NCBI GenBank assembly: GCA_963665665.1
Contig: OY762428.1
Location: forward strand, 2,880,001-2,944,000
From: Candidatus Kapaibacterium sp.
GTDB lineage: Bacteria; Bacteroidota; Ignavibacteria; Kapaibacteriales; UBA2268
Length of the DNA stretch: 64,000 nucleotides
Direction: 5' to 3'
Shown here: piece by piece, positions 10,838-21,900 of the stretch
Layout: the number at the start of each line of letters is the position of its first letter
Numbering within the stretch: position 1 is the stretch's first letter
Position numbers and translations under genes: made by a program
Notes under the pieces: model-generated
What the model was told of the DNA's origin: nothing
What the model saw: the letters and a program-made list of their open reading frames with translations, nothing else
Databases searched by the model: none

Positions 10838-10923
10838 CCTCACCAAACCCTTCCGAAGGAGGGGCTTACTGCAAAGCCCTCCCCTTCGGGAAGGCGTGGC
10901 CCCTTACGAGGGTTAGGAGGGGT
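10838..10923. repeat. REP-like GC-rich palindromic element
   Basis: CCCTTCCGAAGGAGGGGCTT...AAGCCCTCCCCTTCGGGAAGG nested inverted repeats in AT-rich intergenic DNA. Confidence 0.6.
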
Positions 10924-11097
10924 CGTAAACTGAATTGAAACAATCAAAACTGTAACATTAAAAATTACGTGGATTCCGGATGTCTGATTTTAATAATGAG
11001 AATTTAAACAGTATATCTATAAAAAAAGTCAGGTATTTGTATACCTTATTTATTATCTTAGCTTAATAAAGTATTGCTAATATCGGAGGGAGTAAAC

Positions 11098-12399
11098 ATG
11101 TTTCGACTGATAATTATTACAGCGATATTAATTTTTGCACCTTTGCAGGGAAGCAATTTACTGATTTCGCGAACTTCAGGTGCTGACATATATATTATTG
11201 AAATAGATGGCGGGATAGGCCCCGCAACGGCTTCCTATATCGGGAATAATCTGGAGAAAGCCGCTGATGATAAAGTGGAAGCTCTGATTATCAGGCTGAA
11301 TACTCCGGGTGGCCTGCTGGAATCCACAAGAGATATTGTAAGTTCAATACTTGAATCTCCCGTTCCGGTTATTGTGTTTGTTGGTCCCGGTGGTGCCCGT
11401 GCCGGGTCGGCAGGAGTATTTATCACTCTGGCAGCAAATATTGCCGTAATGGCTCCGGGAACTAATATCGGAGCTGCTCATCCGGTGGGTATTGGCGGAG
11501 AATCCGATTCAAGCGCTATGTTCGATAAAGTTACTAATGATGCTTCGGCTTTTATCAGGTCCATTGCCCAGAAACGCGGCAGGAATGAAGAATGGGCCGA
11601 ACTCGCGGTAAGGGAATCAATATCTGCAACTGAAAATGAAGCCCTGGAATCTGAAGTTATTGATTATGTGACGGATGATATTGAATCAGTAATTTCAGTT
11701 ATTGATGGCGATACGGTGGATTGTGCAGGTAAGCAAATAGTTCTGAAAACGAAAAATGCAAATCTTGTTTTTATCGAAAAGAACTGGCGCGAGAAAATGC
11801 TGGATGTTCTCAGCAATCCGAATTTCGCATATATTTTTATGATGCTTGCTATTTATGGGATATTGTTCGAACTGTATAATCCCGGTGCAATTTTTCCGGG
11901 CGTTATAGGAGGAATTTCAGCAGTTCTGGCAGCTTACAGCCTGCAAATGCTTCCCGTTAATTATGCCGGGCTTGGGCTGATAATGCTCTCGGTGATACTT
12001 TTTATTATCGAGATTAAAGTGCAAAGCTATGGTATGCTGACTGTGGGTGGTGTTTTGTCCCTGCTTCTTGGTTCTATTATGCTAATCGATTCGCCATTTG
12101 AATTCATGGAAATATCATTAACTGTAATTATTACAGCGGTGGTGCTTACAACTGCTTTCTTTTCAGTTGTTATTGCGCTCGGGCTGAAAGCACAGCAGGC
12201 AAAGAAAACAGGGGGGAGCGATGGTATAGCAGGAGAAAAAGGTGTGGCAATACAGAATATCAGCCCGGGTATCAAGGGCAAAGTAAAAGTTCACGGAGAG
12301 ATTTGGCAGGCGGAATCCAAAGAATCAATTATAAGTGGCGACAGGATAGTTGTAAAAGATGCAATTGGATTTGTGCTTAAAGTGATTAAGGACAAGTAA
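11098..12399 (+). CDS. nfeD: NfeD family membrane-bound serine protease (ClpP-like N domain, TM domain, OB-fold C domain)
   Basis: LNTPGGL, ARAGSAG, PGTNIGAAHPV, GKVKVHGEIWQA; ATG at 11098 preceded by GGAGGGAG. Confidence 0.9.
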   Translation: MFRLIIITAILIFAPLQGSNLLISRTSGADIYIIEIDGGIGPATASYIGNNLEKAADDKVEALIIRLNTPGGLLESTRDIVSSILESPVPVIVFVGPGGARAGSAGVFITLAANIAVMAPGTNIGAAHPVGIGGESDSSAMFDKVTNDASAFIRSIAQKRGRNEEWAELAVRESISATENEALESEVIDYVTDDIESVISVIDGDTVDCAGKQIVLKTKNANLVFIEKNWREKMLDVLSNPNFAYIFMMLAIYGILFELYNPGAIFPGVIGGISAVLAAYSLQMLPVNYAGLGLIMLSVILFIIEIKVQSYGMLTVGGVLSLLLGSIMLIDSPFEFMEISLTVIITAVVLTTAFFSVVIALGLKAQQAKKTGGSDGIAGEKGVAIQNISPGIKGKVKVHGEIWQAESKESIISGDRIVVKDAIGFVLKVIKDK

Positions 12400-12515
12400 C
12401 AGCAGGAATTTCAGTTTGCTTTCATTTTGTGTTTAAAATATAATGCTATTTGCTTTTACGGAAATTGGTGGATATTTGATTTATATGTTTTCTGTCAATA
12501 TATTATTGTCTTTTT

Positions 12516-13925
12516 TCAATTCTGAGCCTTGCTGTATGCCTTTCCTGCAAGCAATGCAAATATCAGAGCTAAAGTACAAAAAATGGCACCGGCAATGAAT
12601 ATATCCTGAAAACCTGGTATCATGGATGATTTTGATATGCCTGATACTCCTGAGTTTGCTGAATCATTTGAATTCAAACCAAATGAATATATCATTTCGA
12701 AAAATGTGATCCCCGCTGCCATCGAGAATCTGTAAACTGTCTGTTCTGTACCGAATAATGATCCCTGGGCATCAGCCCTGCCAAGATTTTTAACAAAATT
12801 GTGGTTGGGGGAATTGAAGGATCCGAAAGCAACTCCAAGCAGAAACAAACATCCGATAACTACATAAATATTTTCTAAATGCAGAAACAATGCAAATAAA
12901 AGGGCCGCCGATGCTGCAAGCAACATAGCAGATGAACAAAATACCGTAGAGCCTTTTATTGATGACCATTTTCCTGCAATCGGCCCGACAAACATCAAAG
13001 GAAGGGCATAACTGAGAAGAACCATACCGGATTCTTCGGAATTAAGCCCGATAATATTTTCCAGGTAGAATGGCATGAAAAAATTACTTGAAGCAAGAAA
13101 AATATACCCGGCCATTCCGGAGAGAACTGCAAAAACCAGTGCTTTGTTTTTGAACAATGAAAAATCGATCAGGGGGTTGTGGACTCTTTTCTCAAATAAT
13201 ATAAATGCTGTAAGACCGATTACAAAAATTGCAATTAGTATTAATATCTGTTCCGAAAACCAGCCAATATCTCCACCCTTATTAAGAATATATAGAAAAC
13301 TGATAACGGTTATAATGTATAAAATTAATCCAACATAGTCAGGTTTAACTTTTTTAGTGATTGTGCTGACTTTTTCGTGCAGCTTTGTAGATACAATATA
13401 TATAGCCAGCAGTCCTATTGGAATATTTATCAGGAAAATCCATTGCCAGCTGAGATATCCGGTTAATAGGCCGCCGACAGGATTGCCCAGAGTGGTTCCA
13501 ACAGCTGCCGAAGTGGTTATTACCCCGAATACCTTGCCTGTTTGTTCCGGAGGAAAGAATTTGGGAACAAACACGAAAACACCGATATTCAGTGCAGCGC
13601 CCCCTACCCCCTGAAAGAACCTGCTGAAGATCAACATGTATATGTTCGTGCTTAAAGCACACAGTATCGAAAAAAGTACAAATATTGAATACCCGGCAAG
13701 TATAATTTTTTTTACGCCGTAAATATCACACAGCCTGCCGAAGAAGAGTAATGTGCAACTTACTGCTAACAAATAGACCATAACACACCACGATACAAGG
13801 CCCGTATCAACGGAAAAATAATCTGCTATGGTGGGCAATGAAACATTAACGATTGTCCCGTCCAGCTGAACCATTAAAACGGCTAATATCAGGCTGAAGG
13901 AAGCTGCTTTATTTTCTTTGAACAA
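12516..13925 (-). CDS. MFS transporter, DHA2/EmrB-like 14-TM exporter
   Basis: LDGTIVNVSLP, GRLCDIYG, WQWIFLINIPIG, PLIDFSLF motifs. Confidence 0.9.
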   Translation of the reverse strand: MFKENKAASFSLILAVLMVQLDGTIVNVSLPTIADYFSVDTGLVSWCVMVYLLAVSCTLLFFGRLCDIYGVKKIILAGYSIFVLFSILCALSTNIYMLIFSRFFQGVGGAALNIGVFVFVPKFFPPEQTGKVFGVITTSAAVGTTLGNPVGGLLTGYLSWQWIFLINIPIGLLAIYIVSTKLHEKVSTITKKVKPDYVGLILYIITVISFLYILNKGGDIGWFSEQILILIAIFVIGLTAFILFEKRVHNPLIDFSLFKNKALVFAVLSGMAGYIFLASSNFFMPFYLENIIGLNSEESGMVLLSYALPLMFVGPIAGKWSSIKGSTVFCSSAMLLAASAALLFALFLHLENIYVVIGCLFLLGVAFGSFNSPNHNFVKNLGRADAQGSLFGTEQTVYRFSMAAGITFFEMIYSFGLNSNDSANSGVSGISKSSMIPGFQDIFIAGAIFCTLALIFALLAGKAYSKAQN

Positions 13926-13928
13926 TAT

Positions 13929-15023
13929 TTACACCCAGTTGGTTACATATTTAATCAAATCATCCTTTGTCATTCCGCTTAGCCCGAGATTTTCCACATT
14001 CCTTCCATTATCGGTGTAACTCACCTGATTTGCTATGGAAGCTATCTGTATAATAGAATCAATGGCCGGAGTATCCACTCCGATTATATCTCCAAGGTTG
14101 GCAACGGTAACTAATCCGTAAGGAACATCTTCGGTAACATAGCGATGGAATAAATTGTTTGGAGCCATCTGTACTTTATGTGCACTAATCTGGATTTCAG
14201 TTTCATAGATAGTTGCGGATTTAACTTTATACATAATATCTGCAAATTCCAGGAAAGTAAAAGATTCATAGCAAATTGCCCTTGATACATCCACTCTTTC
14301 TTTGTCGACAGCTTCCATGATCCTGCCAACAGATGGTGTTGTATCATAGTTAGAAGTTCTGTAAGGCCCCATCTGTTCAATTCGGCTCATGTTCATTAAT
14401 GTTGTAATAGGGTGAATAACCATGCCCGGATCGTTAATACTGGTTTCAAGCACATTGAATGACGGGCTGAGCTGTGGAAATACATCCATTAATCTCCAGA
14501 TGATCTCTGCTGTTCTTTTGGCCGGAAAAGCCGCAAACGGAAGCTGGCTTTTGACAGCTTTAATATTTATATGCCCGATACCTTTTGTTTTTGCGGCATA
14601 TAGCAGGCAATTTGTTTCCCCAAAAAGAAAATCGTCTTTTCTTCCGGTATCAGTAAGTTTTTTTGCGAAAAGCAGCGAGGCAAATTTCCCGGGGTTGAAT
14701 ATTACTATTTGGCCTTTTGTACCATGCTCAATTATCAGGTCCATATATCTGTCCTGACCGAAGGCCGGAACAACTATCATTATTATTTCTGCATCTTTAA
14801 TAGCTGCCTGAACATCGGTTGTTATCATGTCAAGTTTTGCAAATCCGGGTTCCACACCGGAAGAAGTAACACCTTCAACAACTATACCGCCAAAAACCTT
14901 TAATAATTTAATATTTGTTGAGTGCTCGGGAACTGCGGCAAAGCGAACCGAGTGCCCGGCAAGAGCAAGGTCTGCTGCCATGGCCTGCCCGCCATGCCCG
15001 GCTCCTAATATTGCTATTATCAT
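13929..15023 (-). CDS. NAD/NADP-dependent octopine/nopaline (opine) dehydrogenase family protein
   Basis: N-terminal GAGHGG Rossmann motif; C-terminal HRYVTEDVPYGLV and GRNVENLGL. Confidence 0.85.
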   Translation of the reverse strand: MIIAILGAGHGGQAMAADLALAGHSVRFAAVPEHSTNIKLLKVFGGIVVEGVTSSGVEPGFAKLDMITTDVQAAIKDAEIIMIVVPAFGQDRYMDLIIEHGTKGQIVIFNPGKFASLLFAKKLTDTGRKDDFLFGETNCLLYAAKTKGIGHINIKAVKSQLPFAAFPAKRTAEIIWRLMDVFPQLSPSFNVLETSINDPGMVIHPITTLMNMSRIEQMGPYRTSNYDTTPSVGRIMEAVDKERVDVSRAICYESFTFLEFADIMYKVKSATIYETEIQISAHKVQMAPNNLFHRYVTEDVPYGLVTVANLGDIIGVDTPAIDSIIQIASIANQVSYTDNGRNVENLGLSGMTKDDLIKYVTNWV

Positions 15024-15034
15024 TTATCAATCCT

Positions 15035-16393
15035 TTAATTATACAAACACCATCCACCGTCGACAACAATCCTGCCATTTATTATAACAGTTTCTACTTT
15101 TGCCAGGTTTAATTTATCAACCAGAACAAGGTCTGCAATTTTTCCTTCTTCAATTAACCCGCGCCCGATAAAGCTATTTCCGAATATTTCAGGTATCCGG
15201 CCTGTCGCCATGTGAATACCTTCAGCAAGGCCTAATAAACCCCTTTTGAAAAAATACTGAATCAATTCGAGTATGCCGTCCCATACTCCTCCTCCGAAAT
15301 CGGTTGTAATTATATCCGGTAGTCCTTCAGTTAAAAGGGCTGTCATGTTTTCAATAGATTCTTTATTGTAGCCGCTGAAACTATTAATACTTGCAAGGTC
15401 GATGATAACGCCTTCATCTTTCAGTTTCTTCGCCCATGAAACACATTCTTCAAGTGTGAATGTAGTATGGTTGCAATGTGCAGCAATAATTGTTGTTGTT
15501 GATCTTTTCTTTAATGCAAGTTCATATATTTTCGCAGCTGATGTTGATGCATGGTGGAAAATTATCGGCAATTCATGATCTTCTGCAAATTCAAATGCTT
15601 CATCAAAACTTTTCAGTGAGTAGTTAACCGGTTTATTAGTATAAAAATCATAAATCTCAGCAATTTCCTCCAAACTTATCTTTGAATCAAGGCCAAATTT
15701 GATGATGAGTTCAGTCATTTTTTCTGTTTTTCGCTTCTTATCAAAATATCCGGATTCCAGGAATTCTTTTTTCAATTCCCTGACCTGTTCTACGGTAAGG
15801 CTTACACTAGTCCTCTTTTCAATCGATTCCGGTATATATTTATATTCGCTTACCCCACCGCCCAGGGTAGCTCCGCTTCCAATTTCTCCGATCAGGACAG
15901 CACCGCCGGCAAGCGCTTTTTCTGCATTCATTCTAAAATGTTTATCTTTCATGCCGGAAGCATCGATGATTTTGGCAGCTTTATAAGTTGAAGGGAACTG
16001 CGCTGTAGTATTATAAATATTTACCGGGTGGCTGTTGTTTACTATGTCATACTCTTCCTTTGTGCCCATTCCGCATACATTTATCAGTGATGTGGTTCCC
16101 TGCAGCATGTGTCTGTCTGTATTTCTCAGGGCTTTTTTTAATGATGCCGGTTTGGCGCCGCTGGTATATAAAGGGCCTGTCGAGCATCCGTGGGTGTGAC
16201 TGTTAATTATCCCCGGGATCAGGTAACAGCCTGAGCCATCGAGTACATTCCCGGCTTCCGATAAAACTGAATCAGGTATTCCGGATTGGGATACATGCCG
16301 GATATAGCCGTTATCAATTCCTGTCCATGCGTTCTTGAGAATAGAATGTCCGTCGCCGGTAATAATATCGCAGTTTTTAATTATTAAATCCAT
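15035..16393 (-). CDS. Amidohydrolase superfamily protein
   Basis: MDLIIKN start, PGIINSHTH metal motif, GTT, TTDFGGG, GLIEEGKIADLVLV; ATG at 16393 preferred over the upstream TTG. Confidence 0.8.
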   Translation of the reverse strand: MDLIIKNCDIITGDGHSILKNAWTGIDNGYIRHVSQSGIPDSVLSEAGNVLDGSGCYLIPGIINSHTHGCSTGPLYTSGAKPASLKKALRNTDRHMLQGTTSLINVCGMGTKEEYDIVNNSHPVNIYNTTAQFPSTYKAAKIIDASGMKDKHFRMNAEKALAGGAVLIGEIGSGATLGGGVSEYKYIPESIEKRTSVSLTVEQVRELKKEFLESGYFDKKRKTEKMTELIIKFGLDSKISLEEIAEIYDFYTNKPVNYSLKSFDEAFEFAEDHELPIIFHHASTSAAKIYELALKKRSTTTIIAAHCNHTTFTLEECVSWAKKLKDEGVIIDLASINSFSGYNKESIENMTALLTEGLPDIITTDFGGGVWDGILELIQYFFKRGLLGLAEGIHMATGRIPEIFGNSFIGRGLIEEGKIADLVLVDKLNLAKVETVIINGRIVVDGGWCLYN

Positions 16394-16429
16394 TATTTCC
16401 CAGGTATTAATTACATATTTGATCACAGT

Positions 16430-16565
16430 TGCAAACCCCAAGGTAAATTTTGGGATGAATTGTGCAGCAAGCTGCGTGGTGTTTACCCGTCGACTTGTGG
16501 CCCCGAATTGCCGGGGCTGTCAAATTTCATTTAGCTTTGGCAATGAAATTTGTGTCTCAGGAATA
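16430..16565 (-). promoter_or_regulatory. Candidate structured 5' leader (riboswitch/attenuator-like)
   Basis: Consecutive hairpins AAATTTCATT/AATGAAATTT, CCCCG/CGGGG, GCAGC/GCTGC, CCCAA/TTGGG upstream of the amidohydrolase start; no known family recognised. Confidence 0.35.
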
Positions 16566-16793
16566 AAATACGTAAAGTTGATCAATTTTTTAAAATAAAT
16601 CATCAATTATTACGGCCAATATGTAAATTTTTTTAATTATAAGGCATTCTTCAAGCTTTGGATCATTTTAAAAGAACTGTAATTAGAAATAATTTATAAT
16701 AAATGGCCTGTTATAATAATGCTGATTTATTTCTTGTGGGTATTATTCGGGTGTTTGGGTTAGGCAAAATGATTGAAAAATATTAATAAAAAG

Positions 16794-16822
16794 AAAAAAA
16801 ACTGCTCCCGGAAGAGAGCAGT
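16794..16822 (-). terminator. Rho-independent terminator of groES
   Basis: ACTGCTC/GAGCAGT stem followed by a T-run on the minus strand. Confidence 0.75.
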
Positions 16823-16851
16823 CAACAACATTTTATAATCTTTTTCAGTGA

Positions 16852-17124
16852 TCAGTCTTCGATTACAGCAAGTATATCAGCCCTTTGAATAATCTTGTAA
16901 TCGATATTTTCAACAGAAATATCTTCCCCGCCATATTTTGCATATAGTACTTTATCACCAATATTGATGATTTCCTGAAGTTCTTCGTCAGTACCAACGG
17001 CAATAACTTTACCCATTACCGGTTTTTCTTTTGCAGTATCCGGAATAATAATCCCGCCTGAAGTTCTGCTCTGCTCAACCATGGGTTCAATCAGCAGCCT
17101 GTCGTCAAGTGGTTTAATATTCAT
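16852..17124 (-). CDS. groES: Co-chaperonin GroES (stand-alone)
   Basis: IKPLDDRLLI..TSGGIIIPDTAKEKP..GDKVLYAKYGG..DILAVI. Confidence 0.95.
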   Translation of the reverse strand: MNIKPLDDRLLIEPMVEQSRTSGGIIIPDTAKEKPVMGKVIAVGTDEELQEIINIGDKVLYAKYGGEDISVENIDYKIIQRADILAVIED

Positions 17125-17139
17125 AATAGTTCTCCTTTT

Positions 17140-17388
17140 TTAATTTGTAATATTCAACAATCTGTTAATTTTTGGTTTATCGAATCCAACTATCGGCCTG
17201 TTATTTATCAATATTACCGGAACGCCTGTCTGCCCTGATTTTCTTTGCATATCCCTGGCAGCTGCGAGGTCCCTGGAAACGTCAACATCCTTGAACCTGA
17301 TCTTTTTTTCCCTGAAATACCCTTTGGCCTGAGTACAAAAACTACAGGTTGGTGTGGAAAAAACAATAACTTTGGGTTGTGATGTCAT
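17140..17388 (-). CDS. Glutaredoxin-like (NrdH/YruB family) protein
   Basis: TPTCSFC active site, GVPV, IVGFD. Confidence 0.9.
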   Translation of the reverse strand: MTSQPKVIVFSTPTCSFCTQAKGYFREKKIRFKDVDVSRDLAAARDMQRKSGQTGVPVILINNRPIVGFDKPKINRLLNITN

Positions 17389-17611
17389 TTTTCAATCTCC
17401 TTAATATTTTATGCATTTCATCAATTGCTGTAAATAATCAAAAAAAAATGCTATGCTTGTGAAAAAAGTGCTTTGTTATTTAAAAAAAAATCACAATTTT
17501 TATAATTCTGTTTATGTGCAATAAAATTTGTAATAAACATTCTGTATAACGAAAGTTGGCAAATTATATTGCCGTATGGTAATATTAAAAATATTAAAAA
17601 ATGGCTTTTAT

Positions 17612-17923
17612 ATGAAAGATAAAATTATATTTAACGACGAAGAACTTCAATCGCTTGCCAGAAGGTTCAAAATATTATCGGAACCATCCAGGCTTAAAAT
17701 TTTAAGGTGCCTTTTCAAAGGGGAAAAATGTGTTACCGATATTGTTGATACCACAGGGCTTCTTCAGGCAAATGTTTCCAAGCAACTGCGGGTATTGCTG
17801 ATTAACAAAGCTGTTGAATGCCGTCAGGAAGGTTTGCAGAGATTTTACAGTGTTTCGGACGAAAAAATTCAGAAGATTTGCAAATTATTATGCGATTCCA
17901 GGAAAAAGGATGATGATAAATGA
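17612..17923 (+). CDS. ArsR/SmtB family transcriptional regulator
   Basis: FKILSEPSRLKIL..QANVSKQL..L. Confidence 0.85.
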   Translation: MKDKIIFNDEELQSLARRFKILSEPSRLKILRCLFKGEKCVTDIVDTTGLLQANVSKQLRVLLINKAVECRQEGLQRFYSVSDEKIQKICKLLCDSRKKDDDK

Positions 17924-18657
17924 ATAACGCGGACAGTATTGGAGGGCTGATAACATTTTATTTAAAGCTTCTGGGTTTTGCTCTCGTAACAATTTATTAT
18001 TCCTTTTGCGTGATTTTCACAATGCTTTTGCCGGGGGGCAGGCAAAAATTTCATAAATTTACAAAGGCCTGGGCAATTTCAGCCCTTAAGATATTTGGTA
18101 TAAAAGTAAAAAAATTGGGTATTTACAACAATACTGACAACAACACATATATTTATGTTGCCAATCATTCCACATGGTGGGACATACCCGTACTGATAGC
18201 TTCGATTGATCAGAACGTAAGGATAATTTACAAGAAGGAACTCGAGAAAATTCCGATTTTCGGGTGGGGCCTGGCAGCATGCCCTTATATATCTATTGAC
18301 AGGAGCGATGCAAGAAAATCCATGCAAAGCCTGAAGGAAGCAATAAAATCAATTGACGAAGGTGATTCGGTTATTATTTATCCCGAGGGAACCCGATCAA
18401 AAACCGGTAAGCTCGGAGAATTCAAGCGCGGGGCATTTATGCTTGCATCCAAAGCAAGTAAAAAAATTATCCCTCTAACACTTGCCGGGATGCAGAAAAT
18501 TCAGCCTGAGGGTTCAAAAGTTATCAGGCCGGTGGAAATAGAATTACGTTTCCATCCGGCTATGGATAATATTTCCGGTAACAGAAAAGAAGAAGACGAA
18601 TTCAGGGATAAAGTACGCACGATAGTTGCATCCGGCCTTCCGGCGGAACTTAGATAA
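17920..18657 (+). CDS. plsC: 1-acyl-sn-glycerol-3-phosphate acyltransferase
   Basis: NHSTWWD, IDR, YPEGTRS, FKRGAF motifs. Confidence 0.9.
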   Translation: MNNADSIGGLITFYLKLLGFALVTIYYSFCVIFTMLLPGGRQKFHKFTKAWAISALKIFGIKVKKLGIYNNTDNNTYIYVANHSTWWDIPVLIASIDQNVRIIYKKELEKIPIFGWGLAACPYISIDRSDARKSMQSLKEAIKSIDEGDSVIIYPEGTRSKTGKLGEFKRGAFMLASKASKKIIPLTLAGMQKIQPEGSKVIRPVEIELRFHPAMDNISGNRKEEDEFRDKVRTIVASGLPAELR

Positions 18658-18744
18658 TTTTTTTGAATCTTAAATTTTTCTTTTGGAAAATAGAAGTATA
18701 GTCCGTAACTTTGTACTCTCGTTTGACGAGTGATTGAAAATGGA

Positions 18745-18817
<73 letters not shown>

Positions 18818-18873
18818 CAAAGAAACCGCAAAAACTTAGTGTTGATGCGGTTTTTTATTTTTTAAAAGCTCTT

Positions 18874-18895
18874 CAGTCCGATTCCAGTCCGATTC
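18874..18895 (+). repeat. Tandem 11-bp repeat CAGTCCGATTC x2; putative integrase arm-type sites
   Basis: Two exact adjacent copies ~57 bp downstream of the tRNA 3' end. Confidence 0.5.
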
Positions 18896-18988
18896 AACTC
18901 AAAAAAGGTTAAAATTAACCATACATTTTTCTGTCAAAATGATCTGCTATATTTTGGCAATATTTACTCTTTATTGCCAGTAATTTGA

Positions 18989-21900
18989 TTACCTCCCTCT
19001 CTTATTTCTCATATTTAAGCTTCTTTTAAGGGCGATATCAATATCACTGCCTTTGAGAGTTGTTTTAAGTTCCTGACCGGCAAGTATAGCCTTCAAACTT
19101 CTGATCTCAGAAAGTAGCTGAGAATTTGCTCCGGCTGATGCCATTTGGACAGTAGCTATCAACTGATCATCCCGAAATATCCATTCCCTGTTTCTACCAC
19201 CAAGTGTTGTTGCATCACCGATCAGTGCAAAAGTTGGCTCATCGATACGGCCTCCGGAAGAGAAGCTGAGAATGGAGCTGATTACAGGATCAGTAACTGC
19301 TTTTACAGCTGCATTGACTACCGCTGTGATTACAGGGATTGAAACAACATTAGCCGGGAAAGGCAGGGCTGACAGATATTCCATCGTTCCGGGAGAAAGA
19401 ATCAGGTCAAGAACAAAGGCTGATGCTTTTGCCTGTAGCATACCTGCAAGTTGTCCGAAGAATTTACGCCAGTTCTCGGCTGCCGCTTCCGGATCAGCTG
19501 CAAATAGGTTTGTAAGGCTGTCTGTAACAGTAGTTTGCAGACCGCCTACTAATAAACCTATCGAATCAGCCTTTTGTGATAGAAGCGATTCTGTATTCTG
19601 TAACTGTGAGCTAAGTGATTCATAGGCTTCCCGGTCTGCTTTGCTGTCGAATATTGGTTTACCGGCTTCATCAAAGGCCTTGGCTTTTTCAGCTAACAAT
19701 GCCAATTGATCCTGTAAGGACTGTCTTTGTAAATTGAGGTTCTCTTCGTCTTTCCTTCGTTGCAGTTCCAGTTCTAATCCATTTCTTTGAGATTCAATAA
19801 TGGTTTGTTGTTTTGCATACTTTTCTTCTTTCTCAGCTCTTTTCTTTCTTCCGGATGCTTCAATCTCAGCTTTTCGCTTTTCAAACTCCTCGGCAGATAT
19901 AGCTTCCATGTCCCGCCATTTTTCCAGTTCTGCAATCTTTGCCTTTTCATCAGATTCAATTTTCTTCAGGGCATCATCTTTATCGGAACTGATTTTCTTC
20001 TCTCCGGCTGATGAATAAATCTCATTAAACCTGTTTAGCAGTTCTTCTTCCTTTTTGTACTTGTCCTCAATTTCCTTGATCCTGCCTTCTTCAAATTTCT
20101 TAAGCTCATCAAGCTTGGACTGATATATCCTGTCCTCAAGGTCTTTGATTGCCTGCATAGTCTCAAACTCTTCATTTTGAAGGTTCAGGTTCTGGTTTCT
20201 TAGCTCTCGCACCTTCAAACCATACTGAATCCTTATCCTTTCCTTTTCCTGTTCAGCATTTTCACCGGATACCTGTGCAAGCTCTTCATTCATCTGCCTG
20301 TTTAGTTCGATTATTTCATTATTACTGGATTTAATAGCATCTCTTAATCCGGATAGCTTGCTTTGATATTCCTCAACAACTCCCTCGTAAATATCTTCAT
20401 CCTTGATACCTATTGAAATTTCCCAATCAATTTTCTTCTGCTCAAGTTCTTTGAGTTTATCCTGCATATCAAGGTCATCAGCTTTGAGTTTCAGCTTTAG
20501 CTCCTGAATCTTTGCCTGCTCCTTAAGAATCTTCTCATTGAAATCCTGAATTACTGATCTAATTTCTGTTTTATCAGCTTCCTTTACTTTTGCATGGAAG
20601 ATTATTTCACCATCCGATGTAACATCGCCTATCAGTTTCTTTGCTTTGAGGGCTTCAATCCATGCTAATCTTTGGTTCTTTATTGTCTCAAGTTGTTTTT
20701 GGTTTATAAGAAGTTCATCGTAGTCATCAGCTTTTCTTTCTTCTGCCAGTAATTTTTCTTTCTGAACATACTCATAATTCTGCATTTCCAGATCGAGGGA
20801 TTTTGTCTTAATATCAGCCTGTTCCTTTGCCAGTTCTAAAGCTGATTTGCCCTGCCTGACAATCAAACCTGCCCTGATCTGATTAAGTTCATCAATTTTG
20901 TCCAGATTTTTCTTTTCTTTAGCCTGATCTTTTAGGTTTCTGATAGCTTCATTATATTGTTCCTTCAGCTCTTTTCTTTCCTCATCTGACAAAGCTTTAT
21001 TCTGCAACTGTTTGTATATTTCATTAGCGGCAGAGAGTTGGGATTTCAGGTTCTTCTCAACATTCGACGTCGCATTATCCCATGCTTCGGCAAGCTTGTC
21101 AACAGCTGCAGCCTGAGCTTCGGCTTCTTTCTTGCTCTTTTCCTGAACATCGACAATATCCTCTGCTTTGTTTCTTAACTGATATAACTGTTTTGAGAAC
21201 TGCTGTTCTACTTTGTCAGGCAGTTTAATTTTATCAAATTCGATATCTATCTTTGCCCCATCCTCAAGGGATTTTGACATCTCCAAAGTCTGTGATTTTA
21301 GTTCCTGAGTTAGCTTGGAATATTTCAGCTTAATATCGCTAACATCTTCGCCTTTCTTCAATCCTTCAACGATCTGATTGGCAAGGTTCTCAGCTTCCTG
21401 AGATACTTTCTGATACAGCTCTACCTTTTCCTGTAAAGCTTCTGCAAAAGCATCCTGCTCGGATTTCAGCTTATTGGAGTATGATTCTTCATTGGCTTTG
21501 GTATATTCCTTAACTTTGTCAATATTCAGATCAATAGCCTGAACTACCTTGCCGTTTTCATCAATTATTTCTTTATATCCATTGACTGCATTCGGAACTT
21601 CTTTTGCCAGTTCCTTTGCAATATTATACTTTTGTATCTCAGTTTTTGCAGACTGGAACTTAGCCACAAGCTCGTCAAGTTTCTTATTCTTGTCCAGGTC
21701 ATCTTTAAGTTCCATAGCGTTCTGTAGGGCAAAATCCATCTTTGATTCAGCTATAGTGGCATTGGCTTTGACCATAGCCCCGCTGATCGCTTTATTCAGC
21801 CGGTTTGAAAGTTCATTTTCAAATTCCTCGTCTCCGGAAATCCAATTAACAGGATTAAGATAATACTGAGCATAGTCCATCAGAACCGAGAATAGTTCCG

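Noticed and set aside
12516-16393. Staphylopine/pseudopaline cluster
   Set aside because: No nicotianamine-synthase-like gene or metallophore importer nearby
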